This document shows positions 20,968 to 31,264 of a stretch of 64,000 bases of DNA, one piece after another; position 1 is the first letter of the stretch, and each line of letters opens with the position of its first letter. A program made the translations under genes and the position numbers. Source of the DNA: Rubripirellula sp. (GTDB lineage: Bacteria; Planctomycetota; Planctomycetia; Pirellulales; Pirellulaceae). The stretch is taken from contig OZ244207.1 of assembly GCA_965216875.1 (NCBI GenBank), forward strand, positions 4,288,001-4,352,000, given 5' to 3'. The notes under the pieces are model-generated. The model was not told where the DNA came from. It did no database searches and worked only from the letters and a program-made list of their open reading frames with translations.

Positions 20968-21780
20968 ATGAACACGCTTGCAATCAGTCAGTTGTCGACG
21001 CTTCGATGGAACTTCGAAGACGACGCCCAAGCCTACGCTGAACGTGGTTTTGGAGGAATCGGCATCTATCGACCGAAACTCGAAGACTTTGGTCTCGATC
21101 GGGCGGTCGAGTTGTTGGCCGAAACCGAGCTCGATGTCACGTCGCTTTCATGGGTTGGCGGCTTTACGGGCAGTGACGGGCGTGCCTACGAAGATGCCGT
21201 TGCCGACGCCATCAACGCAGTACGTGACGCGGCTAACTTGCAAGCCGACACGTTGATCGTGCTTGCGGGCGGTCGCAACAATCACATTCGCAATCACGCG
21301 CGGCGAACCCTCTGTGACGCCTTAAAGGAAATCGCGGCTGTTGCCGAAGAGTTTGGTGTTCGTCTTTCACTTGAACCGATTCACCCAGGTTGTGGCGACG
21401 AATGGTCCTTCGTCACCGACTTGCAATCGACGCTTGACATTATCGAAGCGGTCGACAGTCGCGCGCTTGGTTTGGTGCTCGACACGTACCACGTCGGTAT
21501 GGACGAAGAAGCGGTCAAGTGGCTACCGGACCTGATCGAGCACCTGCATCTCGTGCAACTGGGCGACGCACGTCACAGTCCGCTCGGCGAAATGAACCGA
21601 TGCCTACTTGGCGAAGGCTGTGTTCCCATTTCGACGATTTTGGAAACCCTTGCGGATTACCGCTACAAAGGCCCCTTCGAAGTCGAATTGATTGGCGAAG
21701 ATGTCGAAGCGTTGAGTTACGAAACCGTACTCGACCACACGCGAGATTACATCGATCGGATGCTGGTGCAGCAGTCGTAG
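20968..21780 (+). CDS. Sugar-phosphate isomerase/epimerase (xylose-isomerase-like TIM barrel)
   Basis: LEP.H, LDTYH, VQLGD, R.LLGEG, EVE metal-binding pattern. Confidence 0.85.
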   Translation: MNTLAISQLSTLRWNFEDDAQAYAERGFGGIGIYRPKLEDFGLDRAVELLAETELDVTSLSWVGGFTGSDGRAYEDAVADAINAVRDAANLQADTLIVLAGGRNNHIRNHARRTLCDALKEIAAVAEEFGVRLSLEPIHPGCGDEWSFVTDLQSTLDIIEAVDSRALGLVLDTYHVGMDEEAVKWLPDLIEHLHLVQLGDARHSPLGEMNRCLLGEGCVPISTILETLADYRYKGPFEVELIGEDVEALSYETVLDHTRDYIDRMLVQQS

Positions 21781-21984
21781 CGGCTGGCCATGCGTGTGAT
21801 TCGTGCCATTCGTGGTTTCTCCTCTTACCTCCAAGAAACCTGCGGCTCGCGGAAACTCCTCTTTACTCTGCGCGGCCGCTCTTGGTAGCCCTTGTTCTTG
21901 TCGATGGCTGCGCGACATCGCTAGCAATCGAAAAAACCGAAATCGTGTCACGATGTCACGAAAAAGAATCAGGGAGTCGATTCG

Positions 21985-22413
21985 ATGCTCAAAACGCTCA
22001 TTGTCCTGACGGCACTTTGGTCCGGCACCTCGCCAGCCACACAAGCGCGCGAAAACCAGCGTCAACGCGTCGACATGATCGAGCTCAATCACTTCGTTGA
22101 CGAAGATGGGCGTGAAGTCTTTCGGCAGGTCATTTTTTATGACTGGTCCAAATCACAACGTCGCTTTCATGTCCGCGCGTGGCGACTGATCAAGCATGAA
22201 AACCAACTTCCCCGGCGACGCTGGAACCCAGCCTATTACGAATGTTCGTGGCATGATGAAGGCATCTTGCGCCGAGTCTGGGCACCTTCGTTGCGAGAAA
22301 CTTGGACTCAACGGGACCCCGAGCGGGTGAATCGTTCCGTACTTCCCGAAGACCAACGCGTGCCGCTCTTTCCGCCTCGGATTGCCAAACAGCCCGCGGC
22401 AACCGTTCGATAG
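21985..22413 (+). CDS. Hypothetical exported protein
   Basis: Signal-like N-terminus; VDMIELNHF..GR.VF.Q.IFYDW and ETWTQ.DPE; same strand as neighbours. Confidence 0.6.
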   Translation: MLKTLIVLTALWSGTSPATQARENQRQRVDMIELNHFVDEDGREVFRQVIFYDWSKSQRRFHVRAWRLIKHENQLPRRRWNPAYYECSWHDEGILRRVWAPSLRETWTQRDPERVNRSVLPEDQRVPLFPPRIAKQPAATVR

Positions 22414-22523
22414 GCCACGCCACTGGTGCCCAAACACACAGAAGCACGATCACTTCTACGCTAAACTGAGAGAGGCTCTTCGGAACTGCCCCGATTCCGT
22501 TTCTCGTCAGGCCTCTTTTCGTG

Positions 22524-23177
22524 ATGCACCGCTTGTTGATCGTCGCCATCGCGACGCTGCTGCCTCAATTTGGAAACGCCCAGGATCCGATTCCGCTGCG
22601 AGATCTCCCGACACCCTCAAGCGAGATCCAAGAGTTACTCAAACGTGGCAAGGTCAAATTTGTCACCGGACGTCGGCTGGCCCAATCTCCTTCCGGTTCG
22701 AAACTGAGTGCCGAAACGCACTACAGAATGCGATACACGTATCACTCCAAGCAGAGTTGGCGTTTGCACAATGTCGGCGGTCGCCGAACGCTGCGAGTGA
22801 ACGTCACCTACTCGCGCGTCGGCGTCTTCAGCGAACACACCGTTTGGCTTCAGAACCCGCCTGAAACTTCATCGTTTTGGGACAGCAAGCTTGTGCTTCA
22901 TGAACTCGACCATGTCCGCATCACGAGCGACGAGCGTCTCAAAGCGAGCTACCAACGATTGCTACGTGCGGAAGCCTCGTTCGACTATCCACTTGGGGGC
23001 AACGAGCGGGCCAGTGATGCGCTGGCCGACCGCTTGGTGCAACAACGAACGGAGCATTGGTTTGACCAAATTCGCGAGTTGGCCGACGTTCGCTATCGGG
23101 AACTCGATCGCATTACCAACCATGGCCGAAAACCGCTCCCGAATGACACGCCGCTACGCGAAATCCTCAGACGCTAG
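22524..23177 (+). CDS. Secreted DUF922-like putative Zn-dependent protease
   Basis: Signal peptide; HELDH (HExxH) and LD..TNHG motifs. Confidence 0.6.
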   Translation: MHRLLIVAIATLLPQFGNAQDPIPLRDLPTPSSEIQELLKRGKVKFVTGRRLAQSPSGSKLSAETHYRMRYTYHSKQSWRLHNVGGRRTLRVNVTYSRVGVFSEHTVWLQNPPETSSFWDSKLVLHELDHVRITSDERLKASYQRLLRAEASFDYPLGGNERASDALADRLVQQRTEHWFDQIRELADVRYRELDRITNHGRKPLPNDTPLREILRR

Positions 23178-23414
23178 CGTGGTCGCGAAGCATGATCGTC
23201 GATGGCAAGGCGATTGGCACGCTTCATTTCCTGTCAACCGGTCTTCCCGCTCTTTTCCGCGGCGTTTGGCTGATCGATTGGGAAAAATGTTGCGTCGAAT
23301 TGAGGATCGCGATGGCGTTGGGGGGTTTAGGTCGATCGGCGGCGCGTGGTAAATTTCAAGGCTTGCAGATGCCACACGGCACCCCCATCACACTCGAATT
23401 TTGGCAACGCCCTA

Positions 23415-25580
23415 ATGTCGGTCGACACCTACGCAATTTGTCCCTGCGGTAGCGGAAAGAAAATCAAGTTTTGCCACAAGTGCGCAGACTCCGTTGGCGA
23501 CCTTGATCGTGTCTTGACCATGGTCGAAGGCGGCCAGGTCGTTCCTGCACTCGACCGGCTTTCGCAAATCTTGCAAGACCACCCGGATGCCGCGTGGGCG
23601 CTCGCTATTCGCGGACGGCTGCTGCTCGATCTCCGTGAATACGAATCGCTTACCGACAACGCGGAACGTTTCATTCGCTTGCAGCCCAGCAATCCCCTCG
23701 CGTTGACTCAGCGCGCAGCGGCATTGCTTTTCCAGAACAAACGCGAAGAAGCAACCGAGACGCTCCTCGAAGCACTGACCGAGAGCGGCAAAGATGTCGA
23801 CGCGTTTGTCTTGGACATCGCCTCCGTCCTCGGTTTCTCGCTCGCCCAGGCCGGCTTCTTCCTGACCGCTCGCTTGTACTCGACACTGGCGATGATGGCG
23901 CCAGGTTACGAAGGTGGTCGCTCTGCAGTGCAAGTGTTGCGTGAGTTGAACCAGTCGCAATCGCTCAGCCAGTTGCTCAAGACCGTCCCGCACGAAATCT
24001 CGCGTCCAGCCGACGTCGATTGGGCCGAACGCTATGACGAAGCAGCCGGGCTGCTCCGCAGCAACAAGATCGTTCTTGCACAATCCAAGTTCGAGTCACT
24101 GCAACGCTCTCACGCCGGCCAACCCGCAGTCCTCTCGGGTCTTTTGATCTGTGCCGTTTGGCGTGGCGACGTCGACGCTCAATCATCTTTGATGAAAAAG
24201 CTCTCCGAATGCGAGTCACTCGATTTCGAAGAACGAGCACGCTATCTCGCCATGTCGGCGTTGATTAAAACGAGCATGCCCGACCTTTCGGTCGAAACGG
24301 TCCAACTGAAATCGGATATCGACAAAGCGGACGAAGTTGAACTCGCCCTGACAGCAGACGAGCGCATGGTTGCGTTGCCACCTGAAATGGTTGCCAACAT
24401 GCGAACCAGCCCTGACGACGTGCCACCACGTTCGGGCTTCCAGGTGATCGACCGCGACAAGCCCGAATCGCTCGACCAACTTCCGCCAGTCGGCGAAGTC
24501 CCCGAGTCGCTCGCGACCGTCTTGCTCTATGGCAAACAAACGGATCGCGAAGCTCGCATCGAAGTCCTCGATGTTCGCGCCGGCGATTCCGACGAGGTCA
24601 AGCAACGTCTGAGCGGTTTGATCGGCGACCACCAATTGACTCAAGAAGCTGGCGACCCGATGCCACTTGTCATCGCTTGCCAACCTCCCGTGGCCATGTT
24701 GCGTTTCCAAGCCAAGCCAGCCGAAGCGGAAAAACTGCAATCCGATCTGACGCTCGCGCGAATGCCCGAAATCATCGTCAATTCCAAGATGGGCATCTTG
24801 GGCGGCAAGTCACTGGCCGAAACCGCTGGCGACGACTCGCTGTTGCTCGAAAGGACGGCAATGGTTCGCGTTGTCGAGCAATACGACAGCATCCTGTCCA
24901 AAGGTGACTCGGTCATCGATGCCGTTTACAAAGCCTCCGGCATCGATCCGCTGCCCGCGATCAAGCCATCCAAAGAAGAAATCGAAACGCTCGGCAACGA
25001 AGACCTGCATCGCATCGACCCAAGCGAATTGGATGCCGAGTCGCTGGTCTACATCATTCAACGTGCCCAGCAAATCTCCTCGACGCGAGCACTGCGAACG
25101 TGCAGCGAGCGACTTCTGGAAATGGAACTGAGTGACGAAGAAAAGCCAGCCAAAATGGTTGCCTACGTTTCACTCGTCAACACAGCCACCAACAACGAAC
25201 AAGCGTTGGCCAAGCTCGACGAAGCCAAGGCGTATGCCGAACAGTACGACATCCCAATCCCAAGTCTGCTGTTGTCAGAAATCAGCTTGCGGGTTTCAGC
25301 GGGCGATGCCGAAGGGTTCCAACGAGCGGTCGAGACGCTTGGCACCCGACACGGCAACGAACCCGAGATCATGGCCCAGCTTCAGCAGATCTTGATGGCC
25401 TACGGTTTCATCAACCCAGACGGTTCGCCACGAACGGCACCCGGCGGTCCGCCAACCGCTGCTGCTCCCGCTGGCGCAGCACAGCAAGGCGGTGGACTAT
25501 GGACGCCCGATTCAGGAGCCCCACCCGCATCTGACGGCGGCCAAGGCGGAGGAAAACTCTGGGTCCCAGGAATGGATTGA
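23415..25580 (+). CDS. SEC-C zinc-motif / TPR-like protein
   Basis: N-terminal CPCGSGKKIKFCH, helical repeats, G/P/A-rich tail with two LWxP motifs. Confidence 0.75.
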   Translation: MSVDTYAICPCGSGKKIKFCHKCADSVGDLDRVLTMVEGGQVVPALDRLSQILQDHPDAAWALAIRGRLLLDLREYESLTDNAERFIRLQPSNPLALTQRAAALLFQNKREEATETLLEALTESGKDVDAFVLDIASVLGFSLAQAGFFLTARLYSTLAMMAPGYEGGRSAVQVLRELNQSQSLSQLLKTVPHEISRPADVDWAERYDEAAGLLRSNKIVLAQSKFESLQRSHAGQPAVLSGLLICAVWRGDVDAQSSLMKKLSECESLDFEERARYLAMSALIKTSMPDLSVETVQLKSDIDKADEVELALTADERMVALPPEMVANMRTSPDDVPPRSGFQVIDRDKPESLDQLPPVGEVPESLATVLLYGKQTDREARIEVLDVRAGDSDEVKQRLSGLIGDHQLTQEAGDPMPLVIACQPPVAMLRFQAKPAEAEKLQSDLTLARMPEIIVNSKMGILGGKSLAETAGDDSLLLERTAMVRVVEQYDSILSKGDSVIDAVYKASGIDPLPAIKPSKEEIETLGNEDLHRIDPSELDAESLVYIIQRAQQISSTRALRTCSERLLEMELSDEEKPAKMVAYVSLVNTATNNEQALAKLDEAKAYAEQYDIPIPSLLLSEISLRVSAGDAEGFQRAVETLGTRHGNEPEIMAQLQQILMAYGFINPDGSPRTAPGGPPTAAAPAGAAQQGGGLWTPDSGAPPASDGGQGGGKLWVPGMD

Positions 25581-25613
25581 TCCGAGTTCATCCATCCTTG
25601 TTCCCATCTCAAC

Positions 25614-25787
25614 CCTTGTTCCCACGCTCTGCGTGGGAACACACTCTTCGGACGCTCCGCGTCCCAAACACCGACCGCAACGACCTGTGCAAGGCCCGAC
25701 GCTAACGCGTTCGGCTCACAGATGATTGCGCCAATTTGGGTTTGTTGGAAGCCGCTGAAGATTCCGGCTGAAGCCGGTACTACGAAC
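25614..25787. repeat. REP mosaic (families F, E, A) between convergent genes
   Basis: GTTCCCACGCTCTGCGTGGGAAC; GGCCCGACGCTAACGCGTTCGGCTCAC; ATTCCGGCTGAAGCCGGTACTAC. Confidence 0.8.
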
Positions 25788-25793
25788 GGCAAT

Positions 25794-26522
25794 CTACGAT
25801 GGCAGCACTGTTTGCATAAGATCATCGACGGCGTACGGCTTCGCGGCGGCGAATGACTCGCCCGCTTGTTTGCCGGCGGCTGCTCCGGTGACGACGGCGG
25901 CGGCTCGAACGCGGTCAAGGATCTTTGGCTTGTGATCGAACTGGGTTTTGTAACACTCAATCGACTCGATCTTTTTGTCGATCGTTTCTGACACGTCCAC
26001 GATCAAGTGGTGCGAGTTTCCTGGAATCGCGTCGGGTTCTACAGCCAACCGAAAATAGAGCTGCGACGATACCGAGTGAACAGGAAGATTGTCAAAGTGG
26101 TCGTCCCATTTCGTCAGGCGACTGTAAAAGACAGCCGCGTCAGTGATCTGCATTGCTTGCCAATGATCGGGGGAAGCCATGGGCGTCTTATCGCCAAAGC
26201 CAATCACGAGACGTGGTCGAAACTTGCGAAACACTTTCCCGAGCGCAACACGATGCTCGAAGCAGTCGAAGAGGCGACGATTCGGCAAGTCGAGTTGAAT
26301 CCGCTCGTGAACACCGAGCACTGCAGCAGCCGCTCGTGCCTCGGCCATGCGCACTTCCGGACCGGGTGAATTTGGCGTCGGTTCACCATCGGTCAAATCG
26401 ACAATGCCAACCCGATAACCTTGCGAAACCAGTTTCGCGAGTGTCGCGCCGCATGCGATTTCAACGTCATCGGGGTGAGCCCCCACGGCAATCACGTCGA
26501 GAGGTTCTGGTAGATCGGTCAT
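25794..26522 (-). CDS. PIG-L/LmbE-family deacetylase (BshB1-like)
   Basis: GAHPDD.E, LTDGE, R..EA, PDH, CY.TQF motifs. Confidence 0.85.
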   Translation of the reverse strand: MTDLPEPLDVIAVGAHPDDVEIACGATLAKLVSQGYRVGIVDLTDGEPTPNSPGPEVRMAEARAAAAVLGVHERIQLDLPNRRLFDCFEHRVALGKVFRKFRPRLVIGFGDKTPMASPDHWQAMQITDAAVFYSRLTKWDDHFDNLPVHSVSSQLYFRLAVEPDAIPGNSHHLIVDVSETIDKKIESIECYKTQFDHKPKILDRVRAAAVVTGAAAGKQAGESFAAAKPYAVDDLMQTVLPS

Positions 26523-26653
26523 GGTCGCTTCGTCGAGTGTTGATGAGGAAGTTCGATAAAGGTTCTCAGGAGAATGTCTTTTCAGTTTCGCCGTTCGCCA
26601 GCCAAACGCAACGCCCTTGAAATGGCAACGCTTGAATCCTCAACGCTTGAGTC

Positions 26654-27811
26654 TTAGACATCGGCAGAGCTCTTGAGATCGCGGCGGTATTGGCCGGGCG
26701 TCTTTTCGAATGCCTGGCGAAACTGAGCGACCATGTATGCGGTGTAGCTGAACCCGGCAAGTTTGGTGATTGCGTCGAGCTTCAAGTCGGTTTCGCGCAA
26801 CAACTCCTTAACCCGCTCAAGACGAATGCGACGGATTTCTTCGAGCGGCGATCGCCCCACGTGCGTCTGAAAACGTCTCTCCAAAGTGCGCCGGTTCATC
26901 GGCACCGCTTTCAACAGTTCCGCCACATCCAAGCCGGTACAGGCGTTTCGCCGAATGCATCCGAGTGCCGCGGCCACATCGGCATCCGCAATGGCGATCG
27001 TGTCGGTACTTTGTCGCGAAACGACGCCGACGGGCGAAACGACTCGGTTTCCCAAAGGTGGCGGATCGCCTTCGAGCCATTGGTCAAGCAACCGCGCCGC
27101 CTCGCGACCGATCGCGTCGGTGTTCGGAGCAACACTTGTCAGCGGTGGGTCACAGAGGTCACACAAGACTTCATCGTTATCAACGCCGATGATTGCGACG
27201 TGCTCTGGAACGAGGACCTCGGCGTCACGACAAACATCAAGCAACGTACGAGCGGTTGCGTCGTAACAGGTCATCACGCCGGCCGGCTTGGGAAGCGATT
27301 CGATCCAGCGCATCATTTGCTCGCGGTGCCGATACCAGGGCACCGTGCGATTGACCGACGAGGATTCGAGCACGCTACATGTGTGTCCCGCCTGCTCGAT
27401 CTCACGAACGAAATGGTCACGCCGAGTGTCCGACCAGATGTATCCTTTCAGGCCCACGTAGCCAAACGACCGAAACCCTCGCTGCAACAGATGCTCGGCA
27501 GCCAACACCGCACACTGGCCGTTGTCGTTGATCACTCCGCAGACGTCGTCAGGGTTCTCCTCCCCCAAGCAGATCGTCGGGACGCCAACGTCGAGGACTT
27601 TCGAAATCGTTTCGGGCCGTAGAGAGCGGATGATGATCCCGTCACAATGTTTGGGCGACAGCCATCTGGGAACGTCGTCATCCAAGCCGCGTTCCTCGAC
27701 ATCGATCGTCCAACGGTCCCGGACGCGTGCATATTGGCCAATTCCGGTCAAAATCCCTCGGCCAAACGCCTTGGATGTCTCGATCAGCAGCGAAATACGG
27801 TGGTTTTTCAT
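26654..27811 (-). CDS. XylR-type regulator (periplasmic-binding-protein-like sensor plus AraC HTH)
   Basis: VPEHVAIIGVDND..C...PPLTSV; C-terminal RRTLERRF...GFS...F....TPGQYR. Confidence 0.9.
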   Translation of the reverse strand: MKNHRISLLIETSKAFGRGILTGIGQYARVRDRWTIDVEERGLDDDVPRWLSPKHCDGIIIRSLRPETISKVLDVGVPTICLGEENPDDVCGVINDNGQCAVLAAEHLLQRGFRSFGYVGLKGYIWSDTRRDHFVREIEQAGHTCSVLESSSVNRTVPWYRHREQMMRWIESLPKPAGVMTCYDATARTLLDVCRDAEVLVPEHVAIIGVDNDEVLCDLCDPPLTSVAPNTDAIGREAARLLDQWLEGDPPPLGNRVVSPVGVVSRQSTDTIAIADADVAAALGCIRRNACTGLDVAELLKAVPMNRRTLERRFQTHVGRSPLEEIRRIRLERVKELLRETDLKLDAITKLAGFSYTAYMVAQFRQAFEKTPGQYRRDLKSSADV

Positions 27812-27835
27812 GCCTGAAGGGGTGAGCCGGAAAGC

Positions 27836-27869
27836 TGTCGCATTTGTGATACCTGATGTCGCAAACGTG
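27836..27869 (+). promoter_or_regulatory. Putative XylR/AraC tandem binding half-sites
   Basis: TGTCGCAtttGTG at 27836 and TGTCGCAaacGTG at 27857, 21 bp apart, in the divergent intergenic region. Confidence 0.6.
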
Positions 27870-27937
27870 GCTTGATATTGTAGCCGAAAGACCTAACTTG
27901 TCGTCTTTCCGATACTTTTTCGTCCCAAGGCCCGCCA

Positions 27938-28768
27938 ATGCTGATTGATAGTCACCATCACCTTTGGAAGTATTCGAGCGAAGAATACGGCTGGATCAGC
28001 GACGAAATGTCGGTTCTGAAGGCCGACTTTTTGTCCCCCGAACTGGCCGAGATCGCCGGCGAAAGTGGCGTCGACGGATTCGTCTCGGTGCAAGCCCGTC
28101 AAAGCGTCGAAGAAACGACAGCGTTGATTGACATCGCTGCAACCCAACCGCTCATTCGCGGTGTCGTCGGCTGGGTCCCCCTTGCCGATGCAAACGTCGG
28201 CAACGTGCTCGACCAGTTTGCCGGCGCCGAGGTGCTCAAAGGGGTTCGACACGTTGTGCAAGACGAGCCCGATGATCGCTTCATCATGGGTGACGACTTC
28301 AATCGAGGCGTCGCCCAGTTGAAAGAGCGTGGTCTGGTTTACGATGTTTTGATTTTTGCGAAGCAGTTGCCTGCGTCGATTGAGTTCGTTGATCGACACG
28401 CCGAGTTGCCGATGGTCCTCGACCACATCGCCAAGCCAACGATCCAATCGGCCGAATTCGATGCGTTTTGGGAAAAGCACTTCCGCGAGATCGCCAAACG
28501 CCCCAACCTGACCTGTAAATTCTCCGGGGTCGCAACCGAAGTTCGCGATGCGGAATGGTCGATCGATACCATTCGCCGCTATTGGGATGTCGCACTCGAA
28601 GCTTTCACACCCGATCGATTGATGTTCGGTAGCGATTGGCCCGTGTGCTTACTCCGAACGGGGCACAAACAGTGGCTCAATACGGTCAAAGAATTGGCCA
28701 GTGAATTGTCATCCGATGAACAAGCCGCCTTCTTCGGTGGCAACGCGATCAAAGCCTACAACCTTTGA
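27938..28768 (+). CDS. Amidohydrolase-family sugar lactonase (L-fucono/L-galactono-lactonase-like)
   Basis: IDSHHHLW, GVRH, LDHIAKP, MFGSDWPV. Confidence 0.85.
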   Translation: MLIDSHHHLWKYSSEEYGWISDEMSVLKADFLSPELAEIAGESGVDGFVSVQARQSVEETTALIDIAATQPLIRGVVGWVPLADANVGNVLDQFAGAEVLKGVRHVVQDEPDDRFIMGDDFNRGVAQLKERGLVYDVLIFAKQLPASIEFVDRHAELPMVLDHIAKPTIQSAEFDAFWEKHFREIAKRPNLTCKFSGVATEVRDAEWSIDTIRRYWDVALEAFTPDRLMFGSDWPVCLLRTGHKQWLNTVKELASELSSDEQAAFFGGNAIKAYNL

Positions 28769-28888
28769 TCAGTCCCCACGCTTGATGCAAATCACGAACG
28801 AAAAACGCAAGTCGCAAACGCATCACCAACCCTCCAATCCAAACACCATCTTCCAAAGATCCTTGATCGATAGGGATACCAACCAATC

Positions 28889-29914
28889 ATGCGTGCCATT
28901 CAAATCAGCGAAGTCAAAACGCTTCGCCAAATCGACATCGACGAACCAGCCGCACCCGGCCCAGGCCAAGCCTTGGTTCGGACTCACCGGATGGGCGTCT
29001 GTGGAACGGACATTTCTTGCTACTTGGGCAAATTCCCCTTCTTTGACTTTCCGCGAATCCCTGGTCACGAGCTTGGCGTCGAAGTCGTTGCAGTGGGCGA
29101 CGGCGTCACGAATGTCAAAGCAGGCGACAAATGCAGCATCGAACCCTACATGAACTGTGGCGAATGCTATGCGTGCAGGCGCGGTGCCATCAACTGCTGC
29201 CAAAACCTGAAAGTCATCGGCGTGATGATGGATGGCGGGTTGTGTGAATCGTTCTTAGTTCGCGCTGACAAACTTCATCCGTCGGCCAAGCTCAACTACG
29301 ACCAACTTGCATTGGTCGAGACTTTGGCGATCGGCTGTCACGCCAATGATCGTGGTGCTCCCGCAGGTGGCGACCATACATTGATCATCGGTATGGGACC
29401 GATTGGCTTGGCAACGCTCGAGTTCGCGCGGTTGACCGATGCCACCGTCAGCGTGATGGACATGAATCCCGATCGCCTTGAGTTTGTGCGTCAAACCTAC
29501 GGCATCGAGAACACGGTCTTGTTCAAAGGCGACGGCAGCGAAGTGGCTCGCATGCAAGAGCTGACCGGCGGCGACATGTACCAAGTCATCACCGACGCAA
29601 CCGGCAACAAGCATTCGATGGCCGGCGCCCTTCAATACATCGCGCCGACCGGGCGTTTGGTCTACGTCGGCATCACGACCGAGGAAGTCAGCTTCAAACA
29701 CCCCGTGATGCATCGGCCCGAAGCGTCGATCATGGCGTCGCGAAACGCATTGCCGCCCGATTTCACTCGTATCATCAGCCTCATCGAAGACGGCACGATC
29801 AACACCGATCCGTGGATCACACACCGCACCGGATTCGACACCGTTTTGAATGATTTCGAATCGTTCACCAAACCCGAAACTGGCGTGATCAAAGCGATCA
29901 TCGAAGTCGCCTAA
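28889..29914 (+). CDS. Zn-dependent dehydrogenase, L-galactonate 5-dehydrogenase (LgoD)-like
   Basis: CGTD, GHE, structural Zn CxxCxxC..C, GMGPIG, ASRNA...F signature. Confidence 0.8.
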   Translation: MRAIQISEVKTLRQIDIDEPAAPGPGQALVRTHRMGVCGTDISCYLGKFPFFDFPRIPGHELGVEVVAVGDGVTNVKAGDKCSIEPYMNCGECYACRRGAINCCQNLKVIGVMMDGGLCESFLVRADKLHPSAKLNYDQLALVETLAIGCHANDRGAPAGGDHTLIIGMGPIGLATLEFARLTDATVSVMDMNPDRLEFVRQTYGIENTVLFKGDGSEVARMQELTGGDMYQVITDATGNKHSMAGALQYIAPTGRLVYVGITTEEVSFKHPVMHRPEASIMASRNALPPDFTRIISLIEDGTINTDPWITHRTGFDTVLNDFESFTKPETGVIKAIIEVA

Positions 29915-29988
29915 CGAGCCCACGTGTACTGGCTCGACTTAGATAAAACCCGTTCACCTTCCGACCCATCAACAACCAACGATCAATC

Positions 29989-31257
29989 ATGACAAAGAAA
30001 TGTGTTGCCCTCGGCATGACTCCTAGTTTCGGCTTTGGCGACCGAACCGGCTTGGCCACTCCCGGTCACGTTGCAGCAATGAAGCGTTGCGGCGAAGGGA
30101 TCGCTGCGATCTACCCGCAACAATCGATCCGCGAAATGACGCGAACTCAGCGCACACCGCAAGAGGTCATGGACGACGCCATGAACGCTGCCGAAGCGTG
30201 TGGCTGGACAGGTGACATTGGCGCCGACGCCGACCACTTGAAGGTCAACCAAGACGTCGACGTCACCGCTGCCGTCGGTTTCACCTTTTTCACGATCGAC
30301 CCTTCTGATGATGTCGACCAAAAGGCGGATGACTACGACGAAGCCACTTTGAAAGAGAAATTCGCAGCGAGCCAAGACGATGCCACTTGGTACAGCAACT
30401 ACCTGGGCAAATCGATCAAGCTCAGCACGGGCACCACGATCGAACTTGACGAACAAGCTTGCATGCGTGCCGCTGTGAAATACGGCAAAGCGATTTCGCG
30501 TGCGTTGAACCTTGGCAACTACATCAAGGAAGTCAACGAAAAGGCTGGCAACGATTACGAAATCGAACTGTCGGTCGACGAAACCGACCAGCCAACAACA
30601 TTGGCCGAACACTACATCATCGCTGATCAGTGTTTGCAGGGCGGCATGAAACTTGTCAGCCTCGCACCTCGCTTCATTGGTGACTTCGAAAAAGGTATCG
30701 ATTTCATCGGCGATCTGACCGCACTCGAAGCTTCGCTCAAGGATCACGCAGCCGTCGCGGAAACGCTCGGCCCTTACAAGCTGAGCCTCCACTCGGGTAG
30801 CGACAAGGTATCGATGTACGGTCTGCTGGCTGCGGCAACCAAAGGCAAGTTCCACGTCAAAACAGCCGGCACAAGCTACCTCGAAGCACTCCGCGTCGTC
30901 GCCCGCCACGATGCCGCAGCGTTCCGCGAGATCATCGACTTCTCGCGTGAGCGATACGACACCGACAAGGCGACGTACCACGTCTCGGCAACACTCGCCG
31001 ATGCTCCTTTGACCAGCGAAGCGGACGACGCGACGCTTGAAAGCGAGTACTTGGAAATGTGGAGCGATGTTCCCGTCGGAAAAGGCTTCACCAAACCAGG
31101 CCGTCAAATCTTGCACTGCACCTTCGGATCGGTGTTGACCGACGAGAAATTCGGCAAGATCGTTCACGATTGTCTGAAAGCACACCCCGACACCTACATT
31201 GAAGTTTTGGACGACCACTTCGGCCGTCACCTCGACGCGCTGCGAAGCGGCATGTAA
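29989..31257 (+). CDS. uxaE: Tagaturonate/fructuronate epimerase
   Basis: SFGFGDR.GLATPGH, QQSIRE, ADADH, KLSLHSGSDK, HVKTAGTSYLEAL. Confidence 0.9.
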   Translation: MTKKCVALGMTPSFGFGDRTGLATPGHVAAMKRCGEGIAAIYPQQSIREMTRTQRTPQEVMDDAMNAAEACGWTGDIGADADHLKVNQDVDVTAAVGFTFFTIDPSDDVDQKADDYDEATLKEKFAASQDDATWYSNYLGKSIKLSTGTTIELDEQACMRAAVKYGKAISRALNLGNYIKEVNEKAGNDYEIELSVDETDQPTTLAEHYIIADQCLQGGMKLVSLAPRFIGDFEKGIDFIGDLTALEASLKDHAAVAETLGPYKLSLHSGSDKVSMYGLLAAATKGKFHVKTAGTSYLEALRVVARHDAAAFREIIDFSRERYDTDKATYHVSATLADAPLTSEADDATLESEYLEMWSDVPVGKGFTKPGRQILHCTFGSVLTDEKFGKIVHDCLKAHPDTYIEVLDDHFGRHLDALRSGM

Positions 31258-31264
31258 TCGACAC

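Noticed and set aside
23213..23230. Sigma54 promoter (TGGCACG)
   Set aside because: Lacks the TTGC -12 element at the required spacing
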